In this document: in pieces, positions 1 through 11,700 of the stretch | How the letters are laid out: each line of letters starts with the position of its first letter | How positions within the stretch are numbered: the first letter of the stretch is position 1 | Source of the DNA: Rhizophagus irregularis | Taxonomy: Eukaryota | Direction: 5' to 3' | Length of the DNA: 64,000 bases | Assembly (NCBI RefSeq): GCF_026210795.1 | Contig: NC_089432.1 | Span: 1,736,001-1,800,000, forward strand | Translations under genes and position numbers: made by a program | Notes under the pieces: model-generated | The model's database searches: none | The model's input: the letters and a program-made list of their open reading frames with translations, nothing else | Told to the model about the DNA's origin: nothing

Positions 1-1919
1 TACAAAATTTGTTAATGCCAAATAGTATTTTTAGCTAATAACTTAACAGAATTTGGATTGAAGGATATCAACCTTTATCTGATATTCCGATATTTCTATA
101 CATTTAATAATATAAATTAATAAAAGGTAATAAAAAGATTTATAAATTTATATTTTTATTAGAATTACTCTTTAGATAACATAGATCGTGCTTCAATGAA
201 TTCAATCGTATCAAAGAAGATTAATTATTAAGCAAGAATACATCGAATTTAATAAAAATAGTTTGAATATATATACTGTACATATTACAAAAAATTACAT
301 TTATTTAGTAAAAACAACAAATAAATTTTTAAATTAGTGGTGTATCTATTGTTAAAATCAGCTTCAGATTATCGTGGTTAAATTGGTGCAGAATAAGAAA
401 AAAAGAACCGTTAAAAATGTTTTCAAAAATTAATCATGTGACAGATCAATTACGTAACATCAGCTAAACTTTTATATATCAGGTGTAAAATTAACTATCA
501 TTTCGTGACAATAATGATATAGTCATTGATATACCCAAAAATGAAATATGTATGATGACAATCCCCATTTTGAATTGATTGAAACACTATATACATATTA
601 TTAAATTAAGAAAATAAAATTACTTTAGTTATAGTAAAGTATTGTATACCCATTATAATCCGTTTGGTTTTTTATTGAAAATTCCCATATCAGCTAAAAC
701 CAAATAAGGTCAAAGTCAATAATTTATTTATCTATTCTTTTTAATATTGTTCTATTTTTATTTATGGCAGACATTTCTATTAAAACGTGTCAAATTACGC
801 CGTTCTGCATTCAGCAGCTATACCTGTGATAGATTATAGATATTTATTATCTATTTATACTTATTACTAAGCCCTAAATTTTTTTTCCAATAGTTTTGCT
901 AATAGATCGTTATTCTGCAGCCAATGTAAACAAGCAGATTTGCAACATAAAGTTTTGTAATACCAGACGGAAAATTATAGTAATTTTAAATGAATTCAGA
1001 AAGTTGCACGTAATTTTTTTGGTTGTTAGGATACATTCGATCTTATCACAAAAATAATCACCTTTTAATCATCTAAAGGTTTCTTTATTACTTTAATAAT
1101 CATTCAAAATATTAACACCAACATTAGTTATGATTTTAAACAAATAATTTTACATCATTTTCTAATTAAAATAAAGAAGAATTTGGTGAGTTCTATATCA
1201 CTGTTAAAAAATCGAAAGTACGTACAAATCCAATTTTATAATCAATTTTTGAGAACCAAATTTATGGAAAAAAGAAAAAACAATACAAAATAATTTCATA
1301 CAAATATTTACTATCACATAGATTATATTTCATGCATGTTTACTATCGAATATTCAAATTTCGTTTTAATTTAAAAACAATTATTTTTTAAATTAATGCA
1401 ATTCTTTATAATCAACGATCTTTTTGTAAGAATGTAAAAATTTTATGGGATGTATTGTATTTTAAATAATTTCTCAACAAATTAATTATTTACATTTTTC
1501 GAAAAATAAATGATTTTACTCAATAACTTTTTAAATGAACTTAATACAATAATATCATAATATCACGAGAATGCATTTTGTACGATAATAATAAATCAAA
1601 ATATTTTGATAGCCCAGATTTAAAGAAAGATTTTAATATTTGAAATTCATTATTCTACGTATTTAGTATTATTTTTATTTATCAAGTATATATTGTTATA
1701 ACGGTAAAAGTTTAAAAATTCACTTCTTTTTGAAAATTTTAGCAAGAACGAAAATTTTTAGTGATAATTTTTGTGATAATATTGAAATATAATTCCGCAG
1801 CCTAAAAATTCGTGAAACTTCTGCTTTGACAAAAAAAGCAATTTTATGAGTCTGTTTAACGGGTATCGGGCTGGGCCCACAATTAAAAAGACCTTCAAGG
1901 GAACGACATATGCAATTTG

Positions 1920-2099
1920 CATATCAGCCAATTTTTGGAATTCTAATCAATAAACCCAGGGTAGCAGGTGCGGCATATATTTAGTCGGTGATCTACATAT
2001 ATCTTTATACCAAAAAAGGAAAGGCCTAGACCGGTCTATGGGCAAATGAGGGATGTCAGGTGCGTTGATTGATTAGCCTTCCAAAAATCAGCCCATATG
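1920..2099. mobile_element. Decayed MITE-like inverted-repeat element ~135 bp upstream of paralog 1
   Basis: Imperfect ~36 bp inverted repeat: catatcagccaatttttggaattctaatcaataaac (1920-1955) versus gttgattgattagccttccaaaaatcagcccatatg (2064-2099). The segment is GC-richer than its flanks. Confidence 0.45.
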
Positions 2100-2234
2100 G
2101 TCGATTTTTTTAAATGATATAGATGTAGTTTTTTTTACGGAAAAAAAAATTCTTGTAAAATTTTTTTTTCTTTTTTTTTTAAATTTTTTTTTTTAAAAAA
2201 AAGAAAATTCTTATTTTAATACTTTAATAAAAAC

Positions 2235-5200
2235 ATGGACGCAATCGAAATCAAAATCAAAGGTACCGAAACAGATAAAGACGTTGATGAAAGTGCAAAT
2301 GGAGAAGAAATTACTTATGTGGCCATTAGCCCAGATGGTTCGATAGTAGCAAAGTTTAATCCATGTAAGTTACGAATTATAATAGTATATATATCAATTT
2401 TTATATTAAAAACATTAAAAATAATAAAATAAATTCCTCTAAACTTAATTTATCAGACGACACTTCCATATCAATTAAAAAAGTAGCGACAAATGGGGAT
2501 AAGCACAGCAAAACAAGGGGATAGCCTCAAAAAAATATTTCCTAAGTTTATATGATAATTATGCTCCAATTTATCCAAAAATTACAGTTGTAATGAAGTC
2601 TCAAAAAAAAATTTTTAAATCCTATCCCCTTGTTTTGCTGTGCGTGTCCCCAAATGAAGAGACAAACACATTCTTTGATAGAAAATGTTTTCATGATGGC
2701 GATGAACCGCTTGGATGGTCTTTAGCAGTTTCGGACATAATTGACAATGACACTGGTTTAGTTGCAATTTCCTATATAATTGACGAAGACATGAATCTAA
2801 AAGGAATTGAGCAAGTCAATAAATTTCAAATTTTATTAGATATAACAAAACAATTATTACAAAATTTTGTCAAATTATTAATTCCTTATTGTCTTATCAT
2901 TTTCTTCCTCATTTTTATTGTTTTTTTGTCCCTTCCAATCTTTTTGAGTGTATTCTTACTCTGCCTTTTTGTTTTACTCAATTTATATTATTTCTTTCGT
3001 CTCTGTGCGTCTTACTATGCTACAAGTGAAGATGATATTGAACAATTTCGATTATCCTTGATTCCTAGCAAGGGAACGATAAAGCTTATTAAATTTTCAT
3101 TTAAAAATAATTCTCATTATGATGACAATGATAACAATAAATCAACATATCATCGTGGTGGTGGAGTCGTTAGCTTTTTAAAAAATTCTAAAAATTCATC
3201 GAAGAATAGTGCAACACTTATCTGCATGAATTGTACAAAAATACGAAAGATTAATATTAAAATAACGTACGAAAACATTTCTGCATCAGAAGGAGGTGCT
3301 TATCTATTACCTGAAAATTTATTCAATGAACTAGAAAATATCAAGGATGGAAGTTGTAAATTGAAATATCTTTTGAAATCTAGATGGCAGGAATTTTTAA
3401 TTATTAAAACAAAGGATTATCAGGATTATCAACACAAACAATGTATTGGATTATATAATATTAATACTTTACAACTAGTGAATATTTTTTCAGTTTGTTC
3501 AGTTTGTTCAATGAGTAAAAATGAACTTGGGATTTTTGCGATATCAACTGGTTCGAAATCAACTGGTTCGATATCAACTGATTCAAGATTATTTGCTTAT
3601 TCTTATGGAGATAATACTATTACAATTTATTTAATGGAAAGTGGACTCGAGGTTGTTCAGAAAAGGTTTAATGATATTAATAAAATTAAATTCTTAGAAT
3701 TCAATAAAGAAGATAAAGAATTAATTATCATTGAAGATAAAAATGGGGACATGAAATTTCATATTTGGGTGTTATCGGGATGCCTAAATGATCATTTAGT
3801 TATTGAACATAATACTTCTATTCTATCGAATTATGATTATGATCATTGTTTAGCAAAAGCAAATGGGGTGGTAGTTTTTATTGATAATGAAAATAATATT
3901 GAAAGTTTACATAATAGTAGTAGCAGTATAATAAAATCAGTGGAATCTGATTTAAAGGATTTCGACGAAGACTTCTCAAAAACTTTTGAAAGATTTAGAG
4001 ATTTGTGTTTCAGGATAGATTACGAAGATAAACCTGAATTTGATAAAGACATGGCTACAAACATAAAAATTGCATGTAGATTTCTTGCTTATCTATATGA
4101 CGATAATGATGGTATTGATCGAGGGAAAAGTATTGATTCTAATCATCAAGAGCTTGTCAATGAAACAATAAAATTCATCAAAAGTTTCATTAAATATTTT
4201 CCTAATCATTGGAAACTTATGGAGGTTCAATATCCTTTAATGGCGTATCTAATTTATTCGCGTTCATTTTCTTTAATTAAATATATTCTGTTTCAGCACA
4301 ATAAAGAAGATGGTTATTTACATAGACCTCAAAATAAATATGTTACTTATCCATATTATGATTTAGATTTGAAATTGAGGGATGAGGATTTAAAATCAGC
4401 TAATGATTTAGAATTAACTTTAAAATGTCGTCAAGGTTAATATCTTAATTTCCTCATTACCTTATTAATATTATTATTTAATTTTGACTTGTATGGCTTT
4501 TATTGGTAATAGGTCGAGATGCTGTTATGCTAGCATATCTATTAGAATATTATTCTAGAAATTTTATGGAATGCAGTCATATTGGCTGGATGATTAATGT
4601 CACAAAAATTCTTCCGAAATTATCTGGTATATTTATACATAATAATATTTATAATATTTTAATTTACTAATTTATTATCACTTTTTTATTAAAATGATTC
4701 TTGCTTATTTAGCTGATTATATGGAATCATTATATTATTTATATTTTAACAAATCTCATTTTGGAAAAATGAAATATAATTTTCCAATTAGAAGGTTTAA
4801 AATAATCGGAGATACATTAAATTTAAAAATATATATACCTCTTACCCAACTTATACCAGCAAAATCTTCAACCTTTTTTGAATACAATAAGATAAGGTAT
4901 TTGTTGTTGAAATAAACTAAATTTTTTGAATTTATCATTAATATTTATTTTTAAAAATATAGAGATGAAGAATTACCCAATATTTATATTGTTCCTAATT
5001 TTACAACCTATGGTGAAAAAATTGAAGGAAAATTTGGAGGAAAATTTGGTACAATTTTGTATTGGTTGAGGAAAATATTACTTCCGCCTGGCTACAAGAA
5101 TTTAGATTATAAAGGACATAAATCATTTCTTTATATTGAAAGTAAAGATATAATTTTTGATAATCCATTTATTGAAGCAGTTATGACTTCAAGATGGAGG

Positions 5201-6396
5201 CAAGCAAAAATATATTGGATGATACCTTTAATATTTTACATTATATTTTTATTTTTATTTTCATTTCTTTCTCAACTCTACTTAAGTGATAATGATGATA
5301 AAAATAAGCACAATGCTACGCTTATGACAGTGGTTGGAATATTTTATTATGTTGGAATATATTTATTAGCTATTGAATTTATGGAAATAAGAAAATATAA
5401 AATCAAATACCTTTCATTATTTAATGTATTTGATTTGTGCAGTATCATTTTAGGTGTAATTGTTTTCACTCTGATATTTGTAAAGTCATTTAATGAAGTT
5501 AATGAAATTAATAATGAAAGGATTGTTATTTTATTAGCGGTTACTACTCTAATACTTTGGATTGAAATGGTATGTATAATAATCATTACTAAAAGTTTAT
5601 AATAATGCTATGTTAATATTAACTTGTTATTTGTCTTCTCAAGCTCCTTTGGCTACGATTATTCACAGAAGTGGCAGTATATATATATATTTTTGGAAAT
5701 ATTTTAAAAAAGATTATACCATTTTTTGTGTTTATGATTATTTTAACAATTGGCTTTGGACATTCAATGTAATTTTTCTTTATATTTCTTCATTCATGTA
5801 CTAATTATGTAAATAAATTAACTTTTATTTTATTAATAATAGGTTTGTCCTTTTTGGACATCCATCACTTCTTGATTTAAATCCATCAGCTTCAACTTTC
5901 ACATTAGATAATGGAACTAATAATTTTACTTTAACAGGAGAAATTCCAGAAAATCCTTTTAACACAATATGGGATGCTATACTCTCCGCATACTATTGGA
6001 ATGCAATTGATCTGAGTGGTTATAATTATTGGCCATTAAAATTACTTGCTTTCATAGCAAATGTTATTCTAGTTCTTGTTTTATTAAATATGATTATTGC
6101 ATTGATGAAGTAAGTATTATTATCTAATAATTTGAATATAATACTATTATAATATTTTATTTGTCTAACTCGATTTTACAAAATAATATTTTAGTGATGC
6201 ATTTAATAAAGCAAAAGAAGACGGAAATCTTGGACTTGTGACATTTAGAGCAGAACTTATTGATGAATATGAAAGACTTGATAATTCTTTCTTTAGAAAA
6301 TTACTACATAGTAATTCACCATATATTTGTTTTCATCAAAATCATGATATAACGGAAAAATGGATAAAGAAAACTAAAAAAAATTTAAAGACATAA
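2235..6396 (+). pseudogene. WD40-like/TRP-type cation channel paralog 1, probably disrupted. Exons approx. 2235-2364, 2457-4435, 4513-4626, 4713-4896, 4963-5569, 5644-5768, 5843-6109, 6195-6396
   Basis: It shares motifs with the paralogs (YVAISPDGS, GWSLAVSD, STDSRLFAYSYGDN, WKLMEVQYPLMAYLI, DAVMLAYLLEYYS) and has TM segments plus the S5-pore-S6 signature GFGHSM...NPFNTIWDAILSAYYW...LLNMIIALMNDAF. GT-AG introns sit at the same positions as in the paralogs. Splicing exon 1 to 2457 runs into TAG near 2522, out of frame with ORF 2593. The last exon frameshifts in an A-run near 6380. Confidence 0.8.
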
Positions 6397-6667
6397 AATT
6401 ATATTCATTGTTTGATGATGATAAAGATGATTAAATCTTGATATGAATTTTATATCTTAGATAATGAATATCATACCAGACATAAAAATAACAAACTTTC
6501 ATTTAGAAGCTCTAATTTTATTTATTTATATTATGATATTTATATTGTTATTTTATTTTGTTTTATATTTTAACAAGATATTTTTTTTTTATTTTTCAAT
6601 AAAGACATAAAATTTTAAGCATACATATTCATATCTAACATTTATATAATAAAATAAATAATAATTA

Positions 6668-7805
6668 TTAAATTTCTTAAATCCTTCATCAAAATTGACA
6701 TTATCATTAAATTTTTTCACTCTCCTTTTTTGATACTTTACAATCTAATATTCTATATTTTCACTAGAGTTACTGTAATTGTAATAAATAGAATGCTTAC
6801 TTTTCCAATTTCAAAAATGTTTTAAGAATCCTATACTATCCCTTAAACTGTTTTGCGGGCAAATTTGCCCGCAATTTCTAAATTAGAATAAATGACGCTA
6901 TAAAAAATTCTTTAATTTTGGCCAGATCGTCACATAATTTTGCAGCCAAATTGATCTACATTCTGGCCATAAATTGTATGAGTTAGATATACAGTTGATC
7001 ATTAAAATTGGATTGGAAATTAACCCGCAAAAATAGTATCGGAATTTTTATATAATAAAATTTAAACTTTTCTTACCATATTTTTTCTCTATTTGAATAT
7101 TTATTATAACTTTATTTTGTTTATTATAATGCAAAATTTTTATAATAAAAATAAAGAGATAAAAAAAATCAATTGTTATGAATATATAATTAAAATGCAT
7201 AATAAAATTTTCATTAAGGTTCTATATAAAGTCAAAATCCTACTTTTAAATATCAAAAATCATATTAACAAAAGTCGTTTCTCATACCAAATTATACATA
7301 TTCTATTAAGCTTTTATATAGCTACAATTAATTATCAATGAAATCGTCGAAGTTAAGTGCAAAGTTTTTTAAAATTTTGTGATTATCTTAAAATACAACT
7401 TTTGACCAATGGGTAATTTTCGATTTTCTAATATATAATTAATAAATAATAATAATTGCTGCACAATATATAATTTAAACTATCTTGGAAAAAAATTTTA
7501 TTAGAATTGCTTTATTTTTCATAAAATTAGATGAGAGCTGAAATTTGGTAAAATTGCGGGCAAATTTGCCCGCAATTGCTTACAGTTTAAGGGATAATTT
7601 ATCACATATATATAGAATTTAAATTAAACAAATTAGTTAATACTTTAAATAATTTAACCTAATCAATGCTGTTAAACTATCAATAAGAATAATAAATAAT
7701 AACGAAAATTTATAATTGACTTTCTAGTAATTATCACTTAAAAAATTAGTTTAAAATATTTCAGGACGATTTTGATAAGTTGCTCAAATAATTTTATAAT
7801 AATAC
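6668..7805 (-). pseudogene. F-box/LRR gene remnant (C-terminal part), interrupted by a MITE
   Basis: 6670-6830 aligns by eye to 20830-20990 (aaatccttcatcaaaatt, encoding FDEGF). 7595-7805 continues the alignment to 20995-21240. It has multiple indels. Confidence 0.75.
6837..7596. mobile_element. Non-autonomous TIR element (MITE) with CCCTT...AAGGG ends, piggyBac-like
   Basis: TIR tatcccttaaactgt / acagtttaagggata. A perfect 22-bp palindrome ttgcgggcaaatttgcccgcaa lies near both ends. It splits the F-box remnant into two colinear halves. The superfamily call is tentative because no clean TTAA TSD is seen. Confidence 0.75.
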
Positions 7806-8074
7806 CGAATGCAGATGAATTATTTTATCTCGTGGCAGTTAGTGAATTTAATTGTTTATTTATTTATTTATTTATTTTACTTTCTAAAATAGTTGACGTT
7901 AGATTACATATAGAAGAATTATAAAATAAGACTAATAATGACATCAATAACATCGTGCATCCCATACGGGACCTATTTACGTTGTGAATTTAATTGTATT
8001 TACGATCAGAATTCGTATTAGAAAGTATGAATTTTATCACGTGTAAAGTGTAACCAATTAAATTGATTACACAT

Positions 8075-8650
8075 GTAGTGTTTCGATCGGTCGATCCGGA
8101 TAGAAACCGGATAAATTAAAAAAATTATCCGGTTTTATCCGGATAGAATTAAAATTAATTTTCTTTATAGATTTGGAAATTCATGGCATATATTAAATTA
8201 ATTCATGGTATTGAGTTTAATTAAGTTCCATAATACAAATTTAATTAAATTGGAGGTGTTTAATTAATTAAATCGTAGATCTTAAATTTACGGTTAGAAA
8301 CTCTAATTTCGGAGTTTGATCTTTTGAAAATTTTTAGGAAAATGGGAACTTTTTTTTTGTCCGTGATCATCAAGATTGTTGCATACTTTTGGTGCACAAA
8401 ATGGCTTAATATCAATAAGTCAAAATTATAAACCAAATTTTAGGATTGAAACTTATGCGATTGATTCTAAAAGTCAATTCTCATTTTGGGAGCTGGTTTC
8501 AATCCTTCACTGGATAAAAATTTTAAAAAAAAACTAATTTAAACATTTAAAAAAATTTTTTTTTATTTTCATTATCCAGATTCTGGATCAAAACCGGATA
8601 TTTTTTAACCGGAAATAAATTCGGATAAAAACCACGATTATCCGGATCCA
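8075..8650. repeat. Probable DNA-transposon remnant with clustered atccgg/ccggat motifs at both ends
   Basis: Repeated atccggat/aaccggat motifs at 8095-8145 and 8575-8650 flank an AT-rich core. Termini are not resolved. Confidence 0.4.
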
Positions 8651-9059
8651 AAAAAATAAAATTGTCTATGAAGTGCCATACTGTTCAAAAATCCCAGGTG
8701 ATCACACTGGGTGCATCCAGGGTAGTTATCCTCCAGGATTTACCTAGCACCATACTGTTTAAAAATCTAAGATTTACCAGGGATTTTTGAACATTTACCC
8801 TATGAAGCACCATACTAATTGGTTTAAAATTGAAATTATCATCCACAAAATTTATTGGATGTTTTTTTTTATGCAATGTCTTGGAAATATTTTTCGTTCG
8901 CGCGAAAAAAATGCAAAACTTCAAAAAATATTTTAATTTCATATTTAACAAAAAAAAAAAAATGAAAAATTTCAATATCTTTAATATTTTTAATATTTTT
9001 AATATTACATTACATTTCAAATTAAAATAAAATGTTTAATATGTATTTTATTAAAGAGT

Positions 9060-9206
9060 AAATTTATTCATCGCACGTGCGATGCATCGCCACTTTCCTT
9101 TTTTGTAAATTATTTATGTTGATCAACCTGCTTATACATCGCCACCCCCCTTAAAATGGCAATGATAAACATAAAAATTTGCATCGCACGTGCGATAAAT
9201 AAATTA
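9060..9206. repeat. 26-bp inverted repeat with an internal 14-bp palindrome atcgcacgtgcgat
   Basis: aatttattcatcgcacgtgcgatgca (9061-9086) versus tgcatcgcacgtgcgataaataaatt (9180-9205). Confidence 0.8.
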
Positions 9207-9279
9207 TTTCTTTATTAAATTTAATAAAAAATAAAATACAAAAAATTTTTATAGAAACCCAAGAAATACTTTTATTCAT

Positions 9280-9850
9280 TCATAAATATTGACAAACTTT
9301 AGTATTCAGTAGACCTACTGAACAATTTTATGTATTGACAAAAGCCAGTTTAGTTTAACTAAAAGTGCTGAAATTATGTTACAAAATAAAAAAATACATA
9401 CGCGCACAGTAAATTCCATTACAAAAAATAAGTATAACTTCACAAATATCCATGCTAACTTGGTGAAAATTCATATCTAAGTAGTTCCATACCCATTAAA
9501 CAACTTTACTTATTCAATAAAGGCCAGTTTTATTTGACCAAAGTGCTTAAATTACGCCACAAAGTAACTGCACGAAAATATTACAAAAAATAAGTATAAC
9601 TCACGAATATTCAAGCTAGCCTGATGAAAATTAATATCTAAGTAGACTCATACCTCTTGAACAACTTTACTTATTCAATAAAGGCCAGTTATGTTTGGCC
9701 AAATTGCTTAAATTACGCCACGAAGTAACTGCACGAAAATATCACAAAAAATAAGTATCACTTCATAAATATCAAAGCTAGCTTGGTGAAAATTAATATC
9801 TAAGTAGTTCCATACCTGTTAAACAGCTTTGCTAATTTGATAAAAGTCAG
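9280..9850. repeat. ~160-bp tandem repeat, about 3.5 copies
   Basis: The anchor aaaaaataagtat recurs at ~9424, ~9585 and ~9746. The blocks aacaactttacttattcaataaaggccagtt and aaattacgccac.aagtaactgcacgaaaatat are repeated. Confidence 0.85.
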
Positions 9851-10460
9851 ATTATTTGTAAAATTATATGGTATAAATTTTAAATAAAAAACGCGTCTGT
9901 TATCAAAAATAAAGTGTTAAATGTGAAAAATATTCACAACTTTATAAATAATACTTCATATCTAAGTCAATATTAAATATTATCTAGTTTTTTAAAGCTT
10001 TTAAAATATTTAAAAAATAAAAAAAAGAAAAGGAAAAGAAAGAGTGCGCGCGTATTGCGTATAATGATAACTGGTATTATAAATCCATGTGGCTGGGGCT
10101 GATGTAGCTGATGCAGGGGAACAGGATAAGAAGGCAGAAGCGTTACCCCCTGAACAGGTTAAGATTCCCCATTCTATTTGCCGACAACCCGCATGAATTT
10201 GTCACGTGTACCGTACACAGTAATTTTGGCCAGAATTAATGTGATTGGCATAAATATGGCTGAGTTTATAATTATGGCCAGAATTACAAACCTTGTGTAA
10301 CACAATTCCGGAATTGTGTAGCATAATTATCTATATAACTGATAACAAAAATTTAAGGTATCACGGTGGCTAAACTATTTACCCAGTATCACGTAATTCG
10401 GGCTGGCACTATAAAGTTTCGATATTACACCGGGTTGAGCACCCGGTTGCACTCGCTTTA

Positions 10461-10654
10461 CAGCTGTTTCCATAAGACCTGGGACAAACTAAATTTTTCC
10501 GATCCGCCGATCTGCCGATCCAGTATTTTTTAGCTGGACACGTGATCCAGATTTAATAGTTTGATTTGTAAAATAAATAACAACTGAACCGGATCGGTGG
10601 GTCGGCGGTCGGGTTCAAAAATTTATTTTATCCCAGGTCTTATGAAAACAGCTG
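10461..10654. mobile_element. 194-bp Tc1/mariner-type MITE
   Basis: TIR cagctgtttccataagacctggga / tcccaggtcttatgaaaacagctg (1 mismatch), flanked by TA on both sides. The internal gatcc/ggatc motifs are also inverted. Confidence 0.85.
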
Positions 10655-10799
10655 TAAATGCAAACCGGTTTTTGCAGTATGAATCCGGATTGAACCAAAT
10701 CGTAAAAAAAAACGGGTGGAACCGGTTTAAAAACCGGATGGTGCATCCGGTTCCAATGGAAGATGAAAAAAAGTGATGGGAAGATGATGAGGAGTAAAA

Positions 10800-11700
10800 A
10801 TTTATAAAATTTAATAAAAAATTTTCCAATAAATTTTCAATCAATTTTCTATAAAAAAAAAAGGATCTTTAATGAAATTCTTTATTAAAAAAAAAAATTT
10901 CAAGCCAAAATTCTCGATACACTTATCAAAAAAAAAACTATTTTCAATAAAATTTTCTATTAAGATTTCTAAACAAAATTCTCCATCAAAAAAAAAAAAA
11001 TCTTTACCGAAATTCTCTATCAAAAAAAATCTCCCCTGTTAAAAAATTTACACTAACGAAATGAAATTCTATGATGAAATTTCTATCAAAAAAAAAAAAA
11101 TTCTCAGCGAAATCTATTAAAGAAAAATTCTTTAATGAAATTCTCTAACAAAAACAATCCCCTTATTAAAAAAAATTCTCTAATAAAATTCTCCGTCAAA
11201 AAAATACTTTCGCCTATTAAAAAAAAATTCCAAAAGAAATTCTTTATCAAGGAAAACTCCCTCCCATTAAAAAAAACTCACTTGTTAAAAAAATTTTCTA
11301 ACGAAATTATCTATCAAAAAAAAAAATCTTCCCTAATAATTTTCACAAAAAAAAAAAAAAATCTCAATGAATTCTCTATCAAAAAAAAAAAAATCTCTCC
11401 TGTTAAAAAAAATTGTTCCAATAAATTTAATAAGTATATGTCAAAAAAACAAAAATCTTATTAAAAAATAATTCTCCAATAAATTAAAGTTTTTAACGAA
11501 ATTATCCATCAAAAAAAAACTCAGAAATGTCCCTATCAATAAAAAAATTTTCTAACGAAATTTTTTATCAAAAAAAATCTTTTTATTAAAAAAATTCCCA
11601 AAGAAATTCTATCAAACAAAGCCTTTGCCTATATTAAAAATAAAAATTCTCTACAAAATTTGTTTATAAAAAAAAAGCCAATAAAAAAAGATAAAATTTT
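10800..11700. repeat. Degenerate A-rich minisatellite (gaaattctctatc + poly-A units)
   Basis: Many copies of aaattct(c/t)tat(c/t)aaaaaaa. ORFs here are low-complexity artefacts. Confidence 0.75.

Noticed and set aside
10623..11464. ORFs of 60-109 aa in the A-rich region (likewise 54257-54601, 7093-7341, 8685-9030)
   Set aside because: Low-complexity K/F/N translations of repeats or TE interiors.
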